A DNA stretch of 28,457 nucleotides from the IMG/VR virus record IMGVR_UViG_2698536484_000010, positions 1-28,457 of that record. One strand, given 5' to 3'. Source of the DNA: a virus. Lineage: Duplodnaviria > Heunggongvirae > Uroviricota > Caudoviricetes. The notes below the pieces were generated by a model that was given only the letters and a program-made list of their open reading frames with translations, was not told the DNA's origin and did no database searches. A program made the position numbers and the translations under genes. Below, piece by piece: positions 1-9,060 of the stretch (position 1 is its first letter; each line of letters begins with the position of its first letter).

Positions 1-267
1 CCGCTGGGTGCAGTGATTATGTCGATCGTTATGGCTGGTTTGCGCATCGCCTATTTTGGCGGTGGTGGTGGCTGGAAGCGAAAAACGCTCGAGATTTTGC
101 TATGTGGCGCTCTGACGCTGACCTTTGCATCCGCTCTTGAATATGTCGGATGGCCTAAATCGCTTTCTGTTGCCATTGGTGGTGGCGTGGGGCTGATCGG
201 TGTCGATGCTATTCGTGGGGCTGCAATGCGAGTAATCGGTAACAAATTTGGTAGCTCGAAGGAGTAA
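1..267 (+). CDS. Holin, lambda S-like (5' end probably outside window)
   Basis: Reading frame is open from base 1. C-terminal pattern SVAIGGGVGLIGVDAIRGAAMRVIGNKFG resembles lambda S C-terminus ([25 protein letters not shown], recalled from memory). Hydrophobic TM-like stretches; sits immediately upstream of the endolysin. Confidence 0.6.
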   Translation, partial: PLGAVIMSIVMAGLRIAYFGGGGGWKRKTLEILLCGALTLTFASALEYVGWPKSLSVAIGGGVGLIGVDAIRGAAMRVIGNKFGSSKE

Positions 268-270
268 TTT

Positions 271-747
271 ATGCAGGCACTAAATTCCCAGCGTAAAGCT
301 TTCCTGGATATGGTGGCATGGTCAGAAGGAACGGATAACGGGCGACAACCGACACGTAACCACGGTTATGATGTTATTGTTGGTGGCGAACTGTTCACTG
401 ATTACTCCGATCACCCTCGCAAACTTGTCACGCTAAACCCCAAACTCAAATCAACAGCCGCCGGACGTTACCAGCTTCTTTCACGCTGGTGGGATGCTTA
501 CCGTAAACAGCTTGGCCTGAAAGATTTTTCTCCAGAAAGCCAGGACGCTGTAGCTCTGCAGCAGATTAAAGAGCGTGGTGCTTTACCGATGATTGACCGC
601 GGCAGTATTCGTCAGGCAATCGACCGTTGCAGCAATATCTGGGCGTCGTTACCTGGTGCAGGTTACGGTCAGTATGAACATAAAATCGGTGACCTGATTG
701 CCCGATTTAAAGAGGCTGGTGGGGTGGTAAATGAAGTTAAGCTATAA
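271..747 (+). CDS. R: Endolysin, lambda R-like lytic transglycosylase
   Basis: 158 aa; near-identical by eye to lambda R (NSQRKAFLDM.AWSEGTDNGRQ.TRNHGYDVIVGGELFTDYSDHPRKLVTLNPKLKSTAAGRYQLLSRWWDAYRKQLGLKDFSP). Confidence 0.9.
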   Translation: MQALNSQRKAFLDMVAWSEGTDNGRQPTRNHGYDVIVGGELFTDYSDHPRKLVTLNPKLKSTAAGRYQLLSRWWDAYRKQLGLKDFSPESQDAVALQQIKERGALPMIDRGSIRQAIDRCSNIWASLPGAGYGQYEHKIGDLIARFKEAGGVVNEVKL

Positions 748-1123
748 GCTGGTTATTGCTGCTTTCCTTTTTACTGTCGTCAGTTCTTTCATCTGGTCAG
801 CCAACTACTACTACAGCAAATATCAGCACGAAAAGAAACGTGCTGATGAGGCTGTACAAAATGCCAAATCGGCAACTGCCATTACCAATAACGTCCTGCA
901 ATCACTGCAAATCGTCAATACAGTACTGGAGGCTAACCAGCATGCAAAACAGCAGAGCACACTGGAGTCACAGAGAACCCAGGAAGATATCAAAATGGCT
1001 GTTGCGGATGATGATTGTGCTTCACGTGCTGTGCCTGCTGCCGCTGCTGACCGGTTGCGGAAGTACGCGGACAGTTTACGTGCCAGTTCCAGCGGTGCCA
1101 TTACCGGCGAATCTGACCACTGA
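731..1123 (+). CDS. Rz: Rz-like inner-membrane spanin
   Basis: 130 aa with N-terminal TM segment then coiled-coil-like periplasmic domain; overlaps the 3' end of the endolysin gene; contains embedded lipoprotein ORF in another frame. Confidence 0.75.
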   Translation: MKLSYKLVIAAFLFTVVSSFIWSANYYYSKYQHEKKRADEAVQNAKSATAITNNVLQSLQIVNTVLEANQHAKQQSTLESQRTQEDIKMAVADDDCASRAVPAAAADRLRKYADSLRASSSGAITGESDH

Positions 1124-1265
1124 AACACTGCAACCAGCTATTCCTGAGCCGCTGACCTATGGCGGCAGTTTGGATTTGAATGTCAGCTTGTTGTTGGCGC
1201 TGGGGCAGTGTAACAGAGATAAAGCGGACATCCGAACGATTGAGCAATCGCGAACCTCGCAATAG
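1008..1265 (+). CDS. Rz1: Rz1-like outer-membrane lipoprotein spanin, embedded in Rz in the +1 frame
   Basis: ATG-ATG at 1008/1011 gives MMIVLHVLCLLPLLTGCGS with lipobox LLTGC, followed by a Pro-rich segment; fully inside and extending past Rz. Confidence 0.7.
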   Translation: MMIVLHVLCLLPLLTGCGSTRTVYVPVPAVPLPANLTTETLQPAIPEPLTYGGSLDLNVSLLLALGQCNRDKADIRTIEQSRTSQ

Positions 1266-1276
1266 CGAGGTTTTTT
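1255..1276 (+). terminator. Rho-independent terminator after the lysis cassette
   Basis: cctcgc-aata-gcgagg hairpin followed by TTTTTT; overlaps the Rz1 stop codon. Confidence 0.6.
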
Positions 1277-1288
1277 AACGACAGAGGT

Positions 1289-1483
1289 ATGACAGTGGTT
1301 CTTACAGCTAAGCAGTTTGAAGACCTTGCATCCTTCGCGAAGGAAGATAGCCAGCCTCAATACACCATCGCTACCGGAATCATCCCAGAATTCGAAGATG
1401 ATTGTGAGTTTATCCCCGTTTATGCCTGGCTCATCGCTTATTTAGAGTTACTGAAGCACGGTGTATTGCAACTCGACCACTAG
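1289..1483 (+). CDS. Hypothetical small acidic protein (64 aa)
   Basis: ORF only; SD-like agagg very close to the ATG; no recognisable motif. Confidence 0.3.
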   Translation: MTVVLTAKQFEDLASFAKEDSQPQYTIATGIIPEFEDDCEFIPVYAWLIAYLELLKHGVLQLDH

Positions 1484-1500
1484 AGGCATTACGCCAAGTA

Positions 1501-1529
1501 TTCATCAAGTGCCTAGTTTAATGTTAAAT
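1501..1529 (+). promoter_or_regulatory. Candidate sigma70 promoter for the moron gene (TTCATC, 17-nt spacer, TTAAAT)
   Basis: AT-rich intergenic sequence; hexamers read by eye; inverted repeat ttccct/agggaa at 1532-1553 overlaps the RBS. Confidence 0.25.
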
Positions 1530-1557
1530 TATTCCCTCATTCATAAAAGGGAATGTT

Positions 1558-1959
1558 ATGAAAATAGATCACGAGTATTTGAAAGGTCTTTTGGACGCTT
1601 TCGAGGCGTCTGAAGAGCCGCATACTGATATAAAGCAGCTGCAGCTGGCTGGGTATGACTACAGCACCGATGAATTTTTATTCCATATGCGTTTATTGGC
1701 TGATCGTCAACTAATTGCTAGAACAGACGGCAAGTATGGGTTTGGTTTCTCTGAGGCTGCTGATGGAGGATCATGGTTCGTTATACCGTTACGCTTAACT
1801 TCAAGCGGTCATGACTTCCTTGAAGCTCTCAGGAATAAAGAGGTTTGGAATTCTCTCAAGACCGGCTTTAAAGATGCAAGCATTGGAACATTAGTTGACG
1901 TTTCAAGGCGTTTGCTGGATGGTTATATTCAGAAAAAAATTGACGACTTAATTGGCTAA
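1558..1959 (+). CDS. Hypothetical 133-aa protein, moron (function unknown)
   Basis: AT-rich relative to flanks; own candidate promoter, good RBS (aaaaggg, then ATG) and a strong terminator directly downstream; lies between lysis and packaging modules. Confidence 0.6.
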   Translation: MKIDHEYLKGLLDAFEASEEPHTDIKQLQLAGYDYSTDEFLFHMRLLADRQLIARTDGKYGFGFSEAADGGSWFVIPLRLTSSGHDFLEALRNKEVWNSLKTGFKDASIGTLVDVSRRLLDGYIQKKIDDLIG

Positions 1960-1977
1960 TATTTTATATAACCATCA

Positions 1978-2001
1978 GCCCCGCAATCGCGGGGCTTTTT
2001 T
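1978..2001 (+). terminator. Rho-independent terminator after the moron
   Basis: gccccgc-aatc-gcggggc hairpin followed by TTTTTT. Confidence 0.65.
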
Positions 2002-2093
2002 ATTGCCATTACGATGGCAGATACATTGCTATGGCGTAACAGGATTTCAACTATGAACCCAACAGAAGCAGCTACATCACCGAAGGACGGATA

Positions 2094-2444
2094 ATGCCAC
2101 CACGCACACCAAAAGCCTGCCGTGTTCGCGGCTGCCGCCATACCACTACTGACCCGTCAGGCTACTGCGAAAGCCACAAAGGCGAAGGCTGGAAGCAATA
2201 CAAACCTGGACAATCCCGTCACCAGCGCGGTTATGGTTCGAAATGGGACGTCATCCGTGAACGTGTGCTGAAGCGTGACAAAGGCCTGTGTCAGTCATGT
2301 CTGCATGCTGGTGTGGTGCGTGAGGCGAAAACCGTTGACCACATCGTTCCTAAAGCGCATGGCGGCACTGATGCCGACAGTAATCTGCAGAGTCTGTGCT
2401 GGCCCTGCCATAAGGCGAAGACGGCCCGTGAACGGTTAAAGTGA
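2094..2444 (+). CDS. HNH endonuclease (terminase-associated type)
   Basis: 116 aa; Cys-rich N-terminus (CRVRGCRH...CESH), HNH core DHIVPKAHGG...N...LCWPCH; directly upstream of the terminase genes as in HK97-like phages. Confidence 0.85.
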   Translation: MPPRTPKACRVRGCRHTTTDPSGYCESHKGEGWKQYKPGQSRHQRGYGSKWDVIRERVLKRDKGLCQSCLHAGVVREAKTVDHIVPKAHGGTDADSNLQSLCWPCHKAKTARERLK

Positions 2445-2465
2445 TAATAATTCTCAACTGTCTGA

Positions 2466-2529
2466 GGGGAGGGGCGGGTCAAATCCCTGCGGCCTGACGT
2501 CTTCCGGACTGCCCGCCCCATCGTTTTTT
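2466..2529 (+). other. GC-rich inverted repeat (ggggcggg ... cccgcccc) plus T7 run; candidate cos region or terminator
   Basis: Perfect 8-bp inverted repeat separated by 33 nt, followed by TTTTTTT, in the HNH-terS intergenic region where HK97-like phages carry cos. Confidence 0.3.
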
Positions 2530-2569
2530 TATACCCGCGAAAAATGAAATTTAACCAGGAGTGCCGCAT

Positions 2570-3064
2570 ATGGCTGGAACGGCGGGGCGTTCCGGGCGTC
2601 GCCCCAAGCCAACGGCGCGCAAGGCGCTGGCCGGAAACCCCGGCAAGCGAGCCCTGAACAAAGATGAACCTGTTTTTACGCCCATCAAAGGTGTTGAGCC
2701 ACCGGAGTGGTTCGCAGAAGAAGATCTCCCTCTCGCCACGATCATGTGGCAACTGACAACCAAAGAACTCTGCGGTCAGGGCCTGCTGTGCGTGACTGAC
2801 CTGGCGGTACTTGAGCGGTGGTGCGTGGCCTATGAGTTCTGGCGACGTGCCGTGAAAAATATTGCCAGCCAGGGCAACACCATCACCGGCGCAATGGGCG
2901 GCAGGGTCAAAAACCCGGAGCTGACCGCCAAGAAAGAACAGGAGTCCGAGATGAGCAGCACGGGGGCAATGCTCGGACTCGACCCCAGCAGCCGCCAGCG
3001 TCTGATAGGCCTGGCGGGGCAGAAGAAAGCCACTAACCCGTTTCTGAAAATCATCGAATCATGA
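2570..3064 (+). CDS. Terminase small subunit
   Basis: About 164 aa, basic N-terminus; ATG at 2570 has better SD spacing (ccagga) than GTG at 2561; stop overlaps terL start (ATGA). Confidence 0.8.
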   Translation: MAGTAGRSGRRPKPTARKALAGNPGKRALNKDEPVFTPIKGVEPPEWFAEEDLPLATIMWQLTTKELCGQGLLCVTDLAVLERWCVAYEFWRRAVKNIASQGNTITGAMGGRVKNPELTAKKEQESEMSSTGAMLGLDPSSRQRLIGLAGQKKATNPFLKIIES

Positions 3065-4794
3065 GCCGGAAATCTTACCCCAACGTAAATGCTGCCAATC
3101 AGTATGCCCGTGATGTCGTGCGGGGAAAGATTGTGGCCTGCCAGTTTGTGATTCAGGCCTGCCAGCGCCATCTTGATGACCTGATGGCGGAAAAAAGTAA
3201 GTCGTTTCGTTACCGCTTCGACAAGGACCTGGCTGAACGGGCCGCCAAATTTATTCAGCTGTTGCCGCACACCAAGGGTGAGTGGGCATTTAAGAGGATG
3301 CCCATCACGCTGGAGCCGTGGCAGCTCTTTGTGATCTGCTGCGCGTTTGGCTGGGTCAATAAAGGCTCCCGGCTGCGCCGCTTCCGTGAGGTGTATACCG
3401 AAATCCCCCGTAAGAACGGCAAATCGGCAATCTCTGCCGGTGTCGCCCTGTATTGTTTTGCCTGTGATAACGAGTTTGGCGCGGAAGTGTATTCCGGTGC
3501 CACGACAGAGAAACAGGCGTGGGAAGTCTTTCGCCCGGCGCGACTGATGTGTAAACGCACACCCATGCTGACGGAAGCGTTCGGGATTGAGGTTAACGCC
3601 TCAAACATGAACCGTCCGGAGGATGGCGCGCGGTTTGAACCGCTGATCGGTAACCCCGGTGATGGATCATCACCCCACTGTGCGGTGGTGGATGAATATC
3701 ACGAGCACGCCACCGATGCGCTTTACACCACGATGCTTACCGGGATGGGGGCGCGACGTCAGCCACTGATGTGGGCCATTACTACTGCCGGGTACAACAT
3801 TGAGGGGCCGTGCTACGACAAACGGCGGGAAGTTATCGAGATGCTCAACGGTTCGGTACCCAACGATGAACTGTTCGGGATCATCTATACCGTTGACGAA
3901 GGTGACGACTGGACCAACCCACAGGTGCTGGAAAAAGCCAACCCGAATATCGGGGTGTCGGTTTACCGTGAGTTTTTGTTAAGTCAGCAACAGCGTGCGA
4001 AAAATAACGCCCGTCTGGCAAACGTCTTTAAAACAAAACACCTCAATATCTGGGTGTCGGCGCGTTCGGCGTATTTCAACCTGGTGAGCTGGCAGAGCTG
4101 CGAGGATAAATCACTGACTCTTGAGCAATTCGAGGGGCAGCCGTGCATTCTGGCCTTTGACCTGGCGCGTAAACTGGATATGAACAGCATGGCGCGACTT
4201 TATACCCGCGAGATTGACGGTAAAACGCATTACTACAGTGTGGCCCCGCGTTTCTGGGTACCGTATGACACGGTGTACAGCGTCGAGAAAAATGAAGATC
4301 GCCGGACAGCCGAACGCTTTCAGAAATGGGTGGAAATGGGCGTCCTGACCGTTACCGATGGTGCAGAGGTGGATTATCGCTACATCCTCGAGGAGGCCAA
4401 AGCGGCGAACAAAATCAGCCCGGTCAGTGAGTCACCCATCGACCCCTTCGGGGCGACCGGGTTGTCACATGACCTTGCTGATGAAGACCTGAACCCCATC
4501 ACTATCATTCAGAACTACACCAACATGTCCGACCCGATGAAAGAGCTGGAAGCAGCGATTGAATCGGGACGTTTTCATCATGACGGCAATCCCATCATGA
4601 CCTGGTGTATCGGCAACGTGGTCGGCAAAAACATGCCGGGTAACGATGATGTGGTGAAACCCGTCAAAGAGCAGGCTGAAAACAAAATTGACGGTGCAGT
4701 TGCGCTGATTATGGCGGTTGGCAGAGCCATGCTGTACGAGAAAGAAGACACGCTGTCTGATCACATTGAGTCCTACGGGATCCGCTCGCTTTAA
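3061..4794 (+). CDS. Terminase large subunit
   Basis: 577 aa; Walker A-like PRKNGKS, acidic ATPase motif VVDEYHEH, C-terminal nuclease-like region; typical size and position. Confidence 0.9.
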   Translation: MSRKSYPNVNAANQYARDVVRGKIVACQFVIQACQRHLDDLMAEKSKSFRYRFDKDLAERAAKFIQLLPHTKGEWAFKRMPITLEPWQLFVICCAFGWVNKGSRLRRFREVYTEIPRKNGKSAISAGVALYCFACDNEFGAEVYSGATTEKQAWEVFRPARLMCKRTPMLTEAFGIEVNASNMNRPEDGARFEPLIGNPGDGSSPHCAVVDEYHEHATDALYTTMLTGMGARRQPLMWAITTAGYNIEGPCYDKRREVIEMLNGSVPNDELFGIIYTVDEGDDWTNPQVLEKANPNIGVSVYREFLLSQQQRAKNNARLANVFKTKHLNIWVSARSAYFNLVSWQSCEDKSLTLEQFEGQPCILAFDLARKLDMNSMARLYTREIDGKTHYYSVAPRFWVPYDTVYSVEKNEDRRTAERFQKWVEMGVLTVTDGAEVDYRYILEEAKAANKISPVSESPIDPFGATGLSHDLADEDLNPITIIQNYTNMSDPMKELEAAIESGRFHHDGNPIMTWCIGNVVGKNMPGNDDVVKPVKEQAENKIDGAVALIMAVGRAMLYEKEDTLSDHIESYGIRSL

Positions 4795-4805
4795 CTGAGG
4801 TAATT

Positions 4806-4988
4806 ATGATCATGCTGATTCTCGCGCCTCTGGTGGGCGTGCTGGGGGTGCTTTTGCTGGCGTATGGTGCCTGGCTGATTTATCCCCCGGCGGGGTTTGT
4901 TGTTGCCGGGGCGTTATGCCTGTTCTGGTCGTGGCTGGTGGCGCGATATCTCGACCGTACACAGATGTCTGTTGGTGGAGGTAAATAG
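4806..4988 (+). CDS. Small hydrophobic membrane protein (60 aa)
   Basis: Two predicted TM helices; between terL and portal; stop overlaps portal GTG start. Confidence 0.4.
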   Translation: MIMLILAPLVGVLGVLLLAYGAWLIYPPAGFVVAGALCLFWSWLVARYLDRTQMSVGGGK

Positions 4989-6229
4989 TGTTCTTTTCGG
5001 GATTATTTCAACGAAAAAGTGACGCACCGGTGACCACGCCAGCAGAGCTGGCGGATGCTATCGGGCTGTCATACGACACCTATACCGGAAAGCAGATCAG
5101 CAGCCAGAGGGCCATGCGACTGACGGCGGTTTTTTCCTGCGTCAGGGTGCTGGCGGAGTCGGTCGGGATGTTGCCCTGCAACCTGTATCACCTGAACGGC
5201 AGCCTGAAGCAGAGAGCCACTGGCGAACGTCTGCATAAGCTGATCTCCACGCATCCCAATGGCTATATGACGCCGCAGGAGTTCTGGGAGCTGGTGGTCA
5301 CCTGTCTGTGCCTGCGGGGAAACTTTTACGCCTACAAAGTGAAAGCATTTGGCGAAGTGGCTGAACTGCTGCCCGTCGATCCCGGCTGTGTGGTACCGAA
5401 GCTTAACAGTAGCTGGGAGCCGGTCTATCAGATCACATTCCCGGATGGCTCCTCGGATGTACTGAGCCAGGAGGATATCTGGCATGTGCGCACGCTGACG
5501 CTGGACGGACTGGTGGGGCTGAATCCCATCGCCTATGCCCGCGAGGCAATATCGCTGGCGGCAGCGACCGAAGAGCACGGGGCCAGACTGTTCAGCAATG
5601 GCGCGGTGACGTCGGGTGTGTTGCGTACAGAGCAGACGCTGTCAGATCAGGCTTATGAGCGCCTGAAGAAAGATTTTGAGGAGCGTCACACCGGGCTTGG
5701 CAATGCTCACCGCCCGATGATCCTTGAGATGGGGCTGGACTGGAAGTCGATGGCGCTGAACGCCGAGGACAGCCAGTTCCTGGAAACCCGCAAGTTTCAG
5801 CTTGAAGAAATCTGTCGTCTGTTCCGGGTACCGTTGCACATGGTGCAGAACACCGATCGCGCCACCTTCAACAATATCGAAGAACTGGGGCTCGGATTTA
5901 TCAACTATTCACTGGTGCCGTATCTGACCCGCATCGAACAGCGGATCAACACCGGACTGGTACGAAAAAGTAAGCAGGGCGTTTATTACGCCAAATTTAA
6001 CGCCGGGGCGTTACTGCGCGGGGATATGAAGTCCCGTTTTGAAGCCTACGCCACCGGGATTAACTGGGGAATTTACTCTCCCAATGACTGCCGCGACCTG
6101 GAAGATATGAATCCGCGTCCCGGTGGTGATGTCTATCTCACACCGATGAACATGACCACGAAACCCTCCGATGGCAGTAAGGCCGGTAAGCAGAAGGATA
6201 ACGCCAATGCAGACGAAACAACGTCTTGA
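4988..6229 (+). CDS. Portal protein (HK97 family)
   Basis: 413 aa; GTG start with GGAGG 7 nt upstream; position after terL and before the prohead protease; HK97-type portal-like composition. Confidence 0.85.
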   Translation: MFFSGLFQRKSDAPVTTPAELADAIGLSYDTYTGKQISSQRAMRLTAVFSCVRVLAESVGMLPCNLYHLNGSLKQRATGERLHKLISTHPNGYMTPQEFWELVVTCLCLRGNFYAYKVKAFGEVAELLPVDPGCVVPKLNSSWEPVYQITFPDGSSDVLSQEDIWHVRTLTLDGLVGLNPIAYAREAISLAAATEEHGARLFSNGAVTSGVLRTEQTLSDQAYERLKKDFEERHTGLGNAHRPMILEMGLDWKSMALNAEDSQFLETRKFQLEEICRLFRVPLHMVQNTDRATFNNIEELGLGFINYSLVPYLTRIEQRINTGLVRKSKQGVYYAKFNAGALLRGDMKSRFEAYATGINWGIYSPNDCRDLEDMNPRPGGDVYLTPMNMTTKPSDGSKAGKQKDNANADETTS

Positions 6230-6857
6230 TGTACCGCTGAGTCTGAAATCTGTCAGTGACTCCGGTGAGTTTGAAGGGTATGGCTCCGTCTTTGGTGTAA
6301 AGGACAGCCACGATGATGTGGTGATGTCCGGGGCATTTGCTGCTTCCCTGCGGGCGTGGAGTGACAGAAAAGCGTTACCTGCGCTGCTCTGGCAGCACCG
6401 CATGGATGAACCCATCGGTGTTTACACCGAAATGAAGGAAGACGATGTCGGGCTTTACGTCAGGGGACGGTTGCTTATTGATGATGATCCCCTGGCAAAA
6501 CGCGCACATGCACACATGAAGGCCGGTTCGTTAACCGGCCTTTCTATTGGGTACGTCCTGAAAGACTGGGAATACGACCGGACGAAAGAAGCCTTTTTGC
6601 TGAAAGAAATCGACCTCTGGGAAGTCAGTCTGGTGACGTTTCCGTCTAACGACGAGGCGCGGATCAGCGACGTCAAGAACGCGCTGGCCCGCGGGGAAAT
6701 CCCTGAACAGAAAAAAATCGAAAGAGTCCTGCGTGATGTCGGACTCTCCCGTACCCAGGCCAAAGCATTCATGGCCGGGGGCTATGGCGCACTGTCCCTG
6801 CGCGATGCTGAGGATGTGGGCTCTGCACTGAATGCACTGAAAAATCTGAACTTCTAA
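6207..6857 (+). CDS. Prohead protease (HK97 family)
   Basis: ATG at 6207 with aagga SD (the ORF-track start at 6171 overlaps the portal); between portal and capsid genes. Confidence 0.8.
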   Translation: MQTKQRLDVPLSLKSVSDSGEFEGYGSVFGVKDSHDDVVMSGAFAASLRAWSDRKALPALLWQHRMDEPIGVYTEMKEDDVGLYVRGRLLIDDDPLAKRAHAHMKAGSLTGLSIGYVLKDWEYDRTKEAFLLKEIDLWEVSLVTFPSNDEARISDVKNALARGEIPEQKKIERVLRDVGLSRTQAKAFMAGGYGALSLRDAEDVGSALNALKNLNF

Positions 6858-6871
6858 TCAGGAGAAATACG

Positions 6872-8077
6872 ATGGCGGTTGATATTAAAGATGTGGAACA
6901 GGTCGCGCAGGAGCTGCAGCAGAAGTTTGACGACTTCAAGGCAAAGAACGACAAGCGCGTGGATGCGATTGAGCAGGAAAAAGGCAAACTTGCCGGGCAG
7001 GTGGAAACCCTGAACGGGAAACTCAGCGAGCTGGAAAATCTCAAAAGCGACCTTGAAAAAGAGCTGCTTGAGCTGAAACGTCCGGCAGGTGGTGTGCAAA
7101 ATAAACTGGCCACTGAGCATAAAGAAGCGTTTGTGGGCTTTCTGCGTAAAGGCCGTGAAGACGGTCTGCGCGATCTGGAGCGCAAGGCATTACAGGTGGG
7201 CACCGATGAAGACGGTGGCTATGCCGTGCCGGAAGCACTGGATCGCAACATTCTCACCCTGCTGAAAGATGAAGTGGTGATGCGCCAGGAAGCCACGGTG
7301 ATCACTGTTGGCGGTTCCGACTACAAAAAACTGGTGAATCTGGGCGGCACGGCTTCCGGATGGGTGGGCGAGACTGACGCGCGCTCCCAGACTGCCACCT
7401 CAAAACTGGGGCTGATTGAACCTTTCATGGGGGAAATCTACGGTAACCCGCAGGCCACTCAGAAAATGCTGGATGATGCCTTCTTCAACGTGGAGGCCTG
7501 GATCAACAGCGAGCTGGCGACCGAATTTGCTGAACAGGAAGAAATTGCCTTTACCACCGGTGATGGCACCAAGAAGCCAAAAGGGTTCCTGGCGTATGAA
7601 TCCACCGATGAAACCGATAAGGTTCGTGCGTTCGGTAAACTTCAGCATATTGTATCCGGTGAAGCGACGACGGTGACCGCAGACGCCATTATCAAACTGA
7701 TTTACACGCTGCGTAAGGCACACCGCACTGGCGCGAAGTTCATGATGAACAACAACAGCCTGTTTGCCATCCGTCTGTTGAAAGACACCGAGGGTAACTA
7801 TCTGTGGCGTCCGGGGCTGGAGCTGGGGCAACCGTCCTCTCTGGCGGGTTACGGTATCGCTGAAAACGAACAGATGCCGGATATCGCCGCTGATGCGAAA
7901 GCCATTGCATTTGGTAACTTCAAACGGGGTTACACCATCGTTGACCGTATCGGCACCCGCATTCTGCGTGACCCGTACACCAATAAACCGTTTGTCGGTT
8001 TTTATACCACCAAGCGCACCGGCGGGATGCTGGTCGATTCGCAGGCCATCAAACTGCTGAAGATTGCAGCGGCGTAA
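6872..8077 (+). CDS. Major capsid protein (HK97 fold) with N-terminal coiled-coil delta domain
   Basis: 401 aa; strong SD aggag; N-terminal approx 100 aa highly charged and coiled-coil-like; remainder typical of HK97-like capsid proteins. Confidence 0.9.
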   Translation: MAVDIKDVEQVAQELQQKFDDFKAKNDKRVDAIEQEKGKLAGQVETLNGKLSELENLKSDLEKELLELKRPAGGVQNKLATEHKEAFVGFLRKGREDGLRDLERKALQVGTDEDGGYAVPEALDRNILTLLKDEVVMRQEATVITVGGSDYKKLVNLGGTASGWVGETDARSQTATSKLGLIEPFMGEIYGNPQATQKMLDDAFFNVEAWINSELATEFAEQEEIAFTTGDGTKKPKGFLAYESTDETDKVRAFGKLQHIVSGEATTVTADAIIKLIYTLRKAHRTGAKFMMNNNSLFAIRLLKDTEGNYLWRPGLELGQPSSLAGYGIAENEQMPDIAADAKAIAFGNFKRGYTIVDRIGTRILRDPYTNKPFVGFYTTKRTGGMLVDSQAIKLLKIAAA

Positions 8078-8085
8078 TCATTCAT

Positions 8086-8103
8086 GGGCGCGGAACCGCG
8101 CCC
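8086..8103 (+). other. GC-rich hairpin after the major capsid gene
   Basis: gggcgcgg / ccgcgccc perfect inverted repeat immediately after the stop, with no T-run; possible mRNA-stabilising or attenuating stem. Confidence 0.3.
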
Positions 8104-8126
8104 CCTGTTCTGACGGGTGAAGAATC

Positions 8127-8327
8127 ATGATCCTGAAACAAGATCTGAAATGGTCACCGGACGGTATGCGTGTTGAGGTCATTCGGGCCGGTGAGTATGA
8201 CGACGGGGCGCTTCCTGCCCGTGTGCAGGAGATTGCACTTCAGGCCGGGTTAGCAGAGCGCGGAATCAGTGCAAAAAGCAGTAAAGCGGCAAAAGAGAAA
8301 AAAGCCACGACCAGTAAAGAGGGCTGA
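8127..8327 (+). CDS. Hypothetical small protein (66 aa, Lys/Ala-rich C-terminus)
   Basis: ORF with SD-like gtgaag; position between capsid and connector genes. Confidence 0.35.
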   Translation: MILKQDLKWSPDGMRVEVIRAGEYDDGALPARVQEIALQAGLAERGISAKSSKAAKEKKATTSKEG

Positions 8328-8329
8328 GC

Positions 8330-8653
8330 ATGCTTCTGACAATGGAAGAGATTAAAGCCCAACTCCGGCTGGATGAGGATTTCGATACTGATGACCGCCA
8401 TCTGCAACTGCTGGCCTGTGCGGCGCAAAAGCGGACGGAAACGTATCTGAACCGGAAGCTCTATGCACCGGATGAAACCATTCCGGAGAGCGATCCAGAC
8501 GGGCTGCACCTGCCGGATGATATTCGTCTGGGGATGCTGATGCTTATCAGCCATTTTTACGAAAACCGCTCGTCGGTTACGGAAGTGGAGAAACTCGACA
8601 TGCCGCAGAGTTTTGGCTGGCTTGTCGGCCCGTACAGGTACTTTCCGCAATGA
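8330..8653 (+). CDS. Head-tail connector (gp6-like)
   Basis: 107 aa; N-terminal 'EEIKAQLRLD' pattern typical of gp6-like connectors; gene order. Confidence 0.7.
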   Translation: MLLTMEEIKAQLRLDEDFDTDDRHLQLLACAAQKRTETYLNRKLYAPDETIPESDPDGLHLPDDIRLGMLMLISHFYENRSSVTEVEKLDMPQSFGWLVGPYRYFPQ

Positions 8654-9060
8654 AAATTCGTCAGGCGCAGACCAGCGCAACCTACATTCTGCCGGACCCC
8701 GGTGAACTGAATAAACGCGTCCTGATCCGCCAGCGGGTGGATATGCCCGCGGATAACTTTGGCGTGGAGCCTCAATACCCGGTTACGTTCCGGACATGGG
8801 CGAAGGTTATCCAGACCAGTGCCACCACCTGGCAGGAAACCGCGCAGACCGGGGACGCCATCACCCATTACATCACCATTCGCTACCGCCGGGGGATCAC
8901 TGCTGATTATGAGGTGGTCTGTGATGACCGTGTGTACCGGGTGAAACGTCAGCGTGATCTGAACGGGGCGCGGCGCTTTCTGCTGCTGGAGTGTACGGAA
9001 CTGGGTGCCGAAGAACAAATGGGAGGACGCAGTGGATCAGACAGCATTTTTACACGTTGA
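8650..9060 (+). CDS. Head closure / head-tail adaptor protein
   Basis: 136 aa; translationally coupled (ATGA overlap); position after the connector. Confidence 0.65.
   Translation: MKIRQAQTSATYILPDPGELNKRVLIRQRVDMPADNFGVEPQYPVTFRTWAKVIQTSATTWQETAQTGDAITHYITIRYRRGITADYEVVCDDRVYRVKRQRDLNGARRFLLLECTELGAEEQMGGRSGSDSIFTR

Noticed and set aside
731-1265. 756-1265 ORF (169 aa) as a single independent gene
   Set aside because: Only the part from the ATG at 1008 has a signal peptide and lipobox; the upstream portion is the +1 frame of Rz, so it is annotated as embedded Rz1 instead.
2004-2019. Inverted repeat TGCCAT-tacg-ATGGCA downstream of the moron terminator, possible operator
   Set aside because: Short 6-bp arms with no second copy or adjacent regulator gene; expected by chance at this length.
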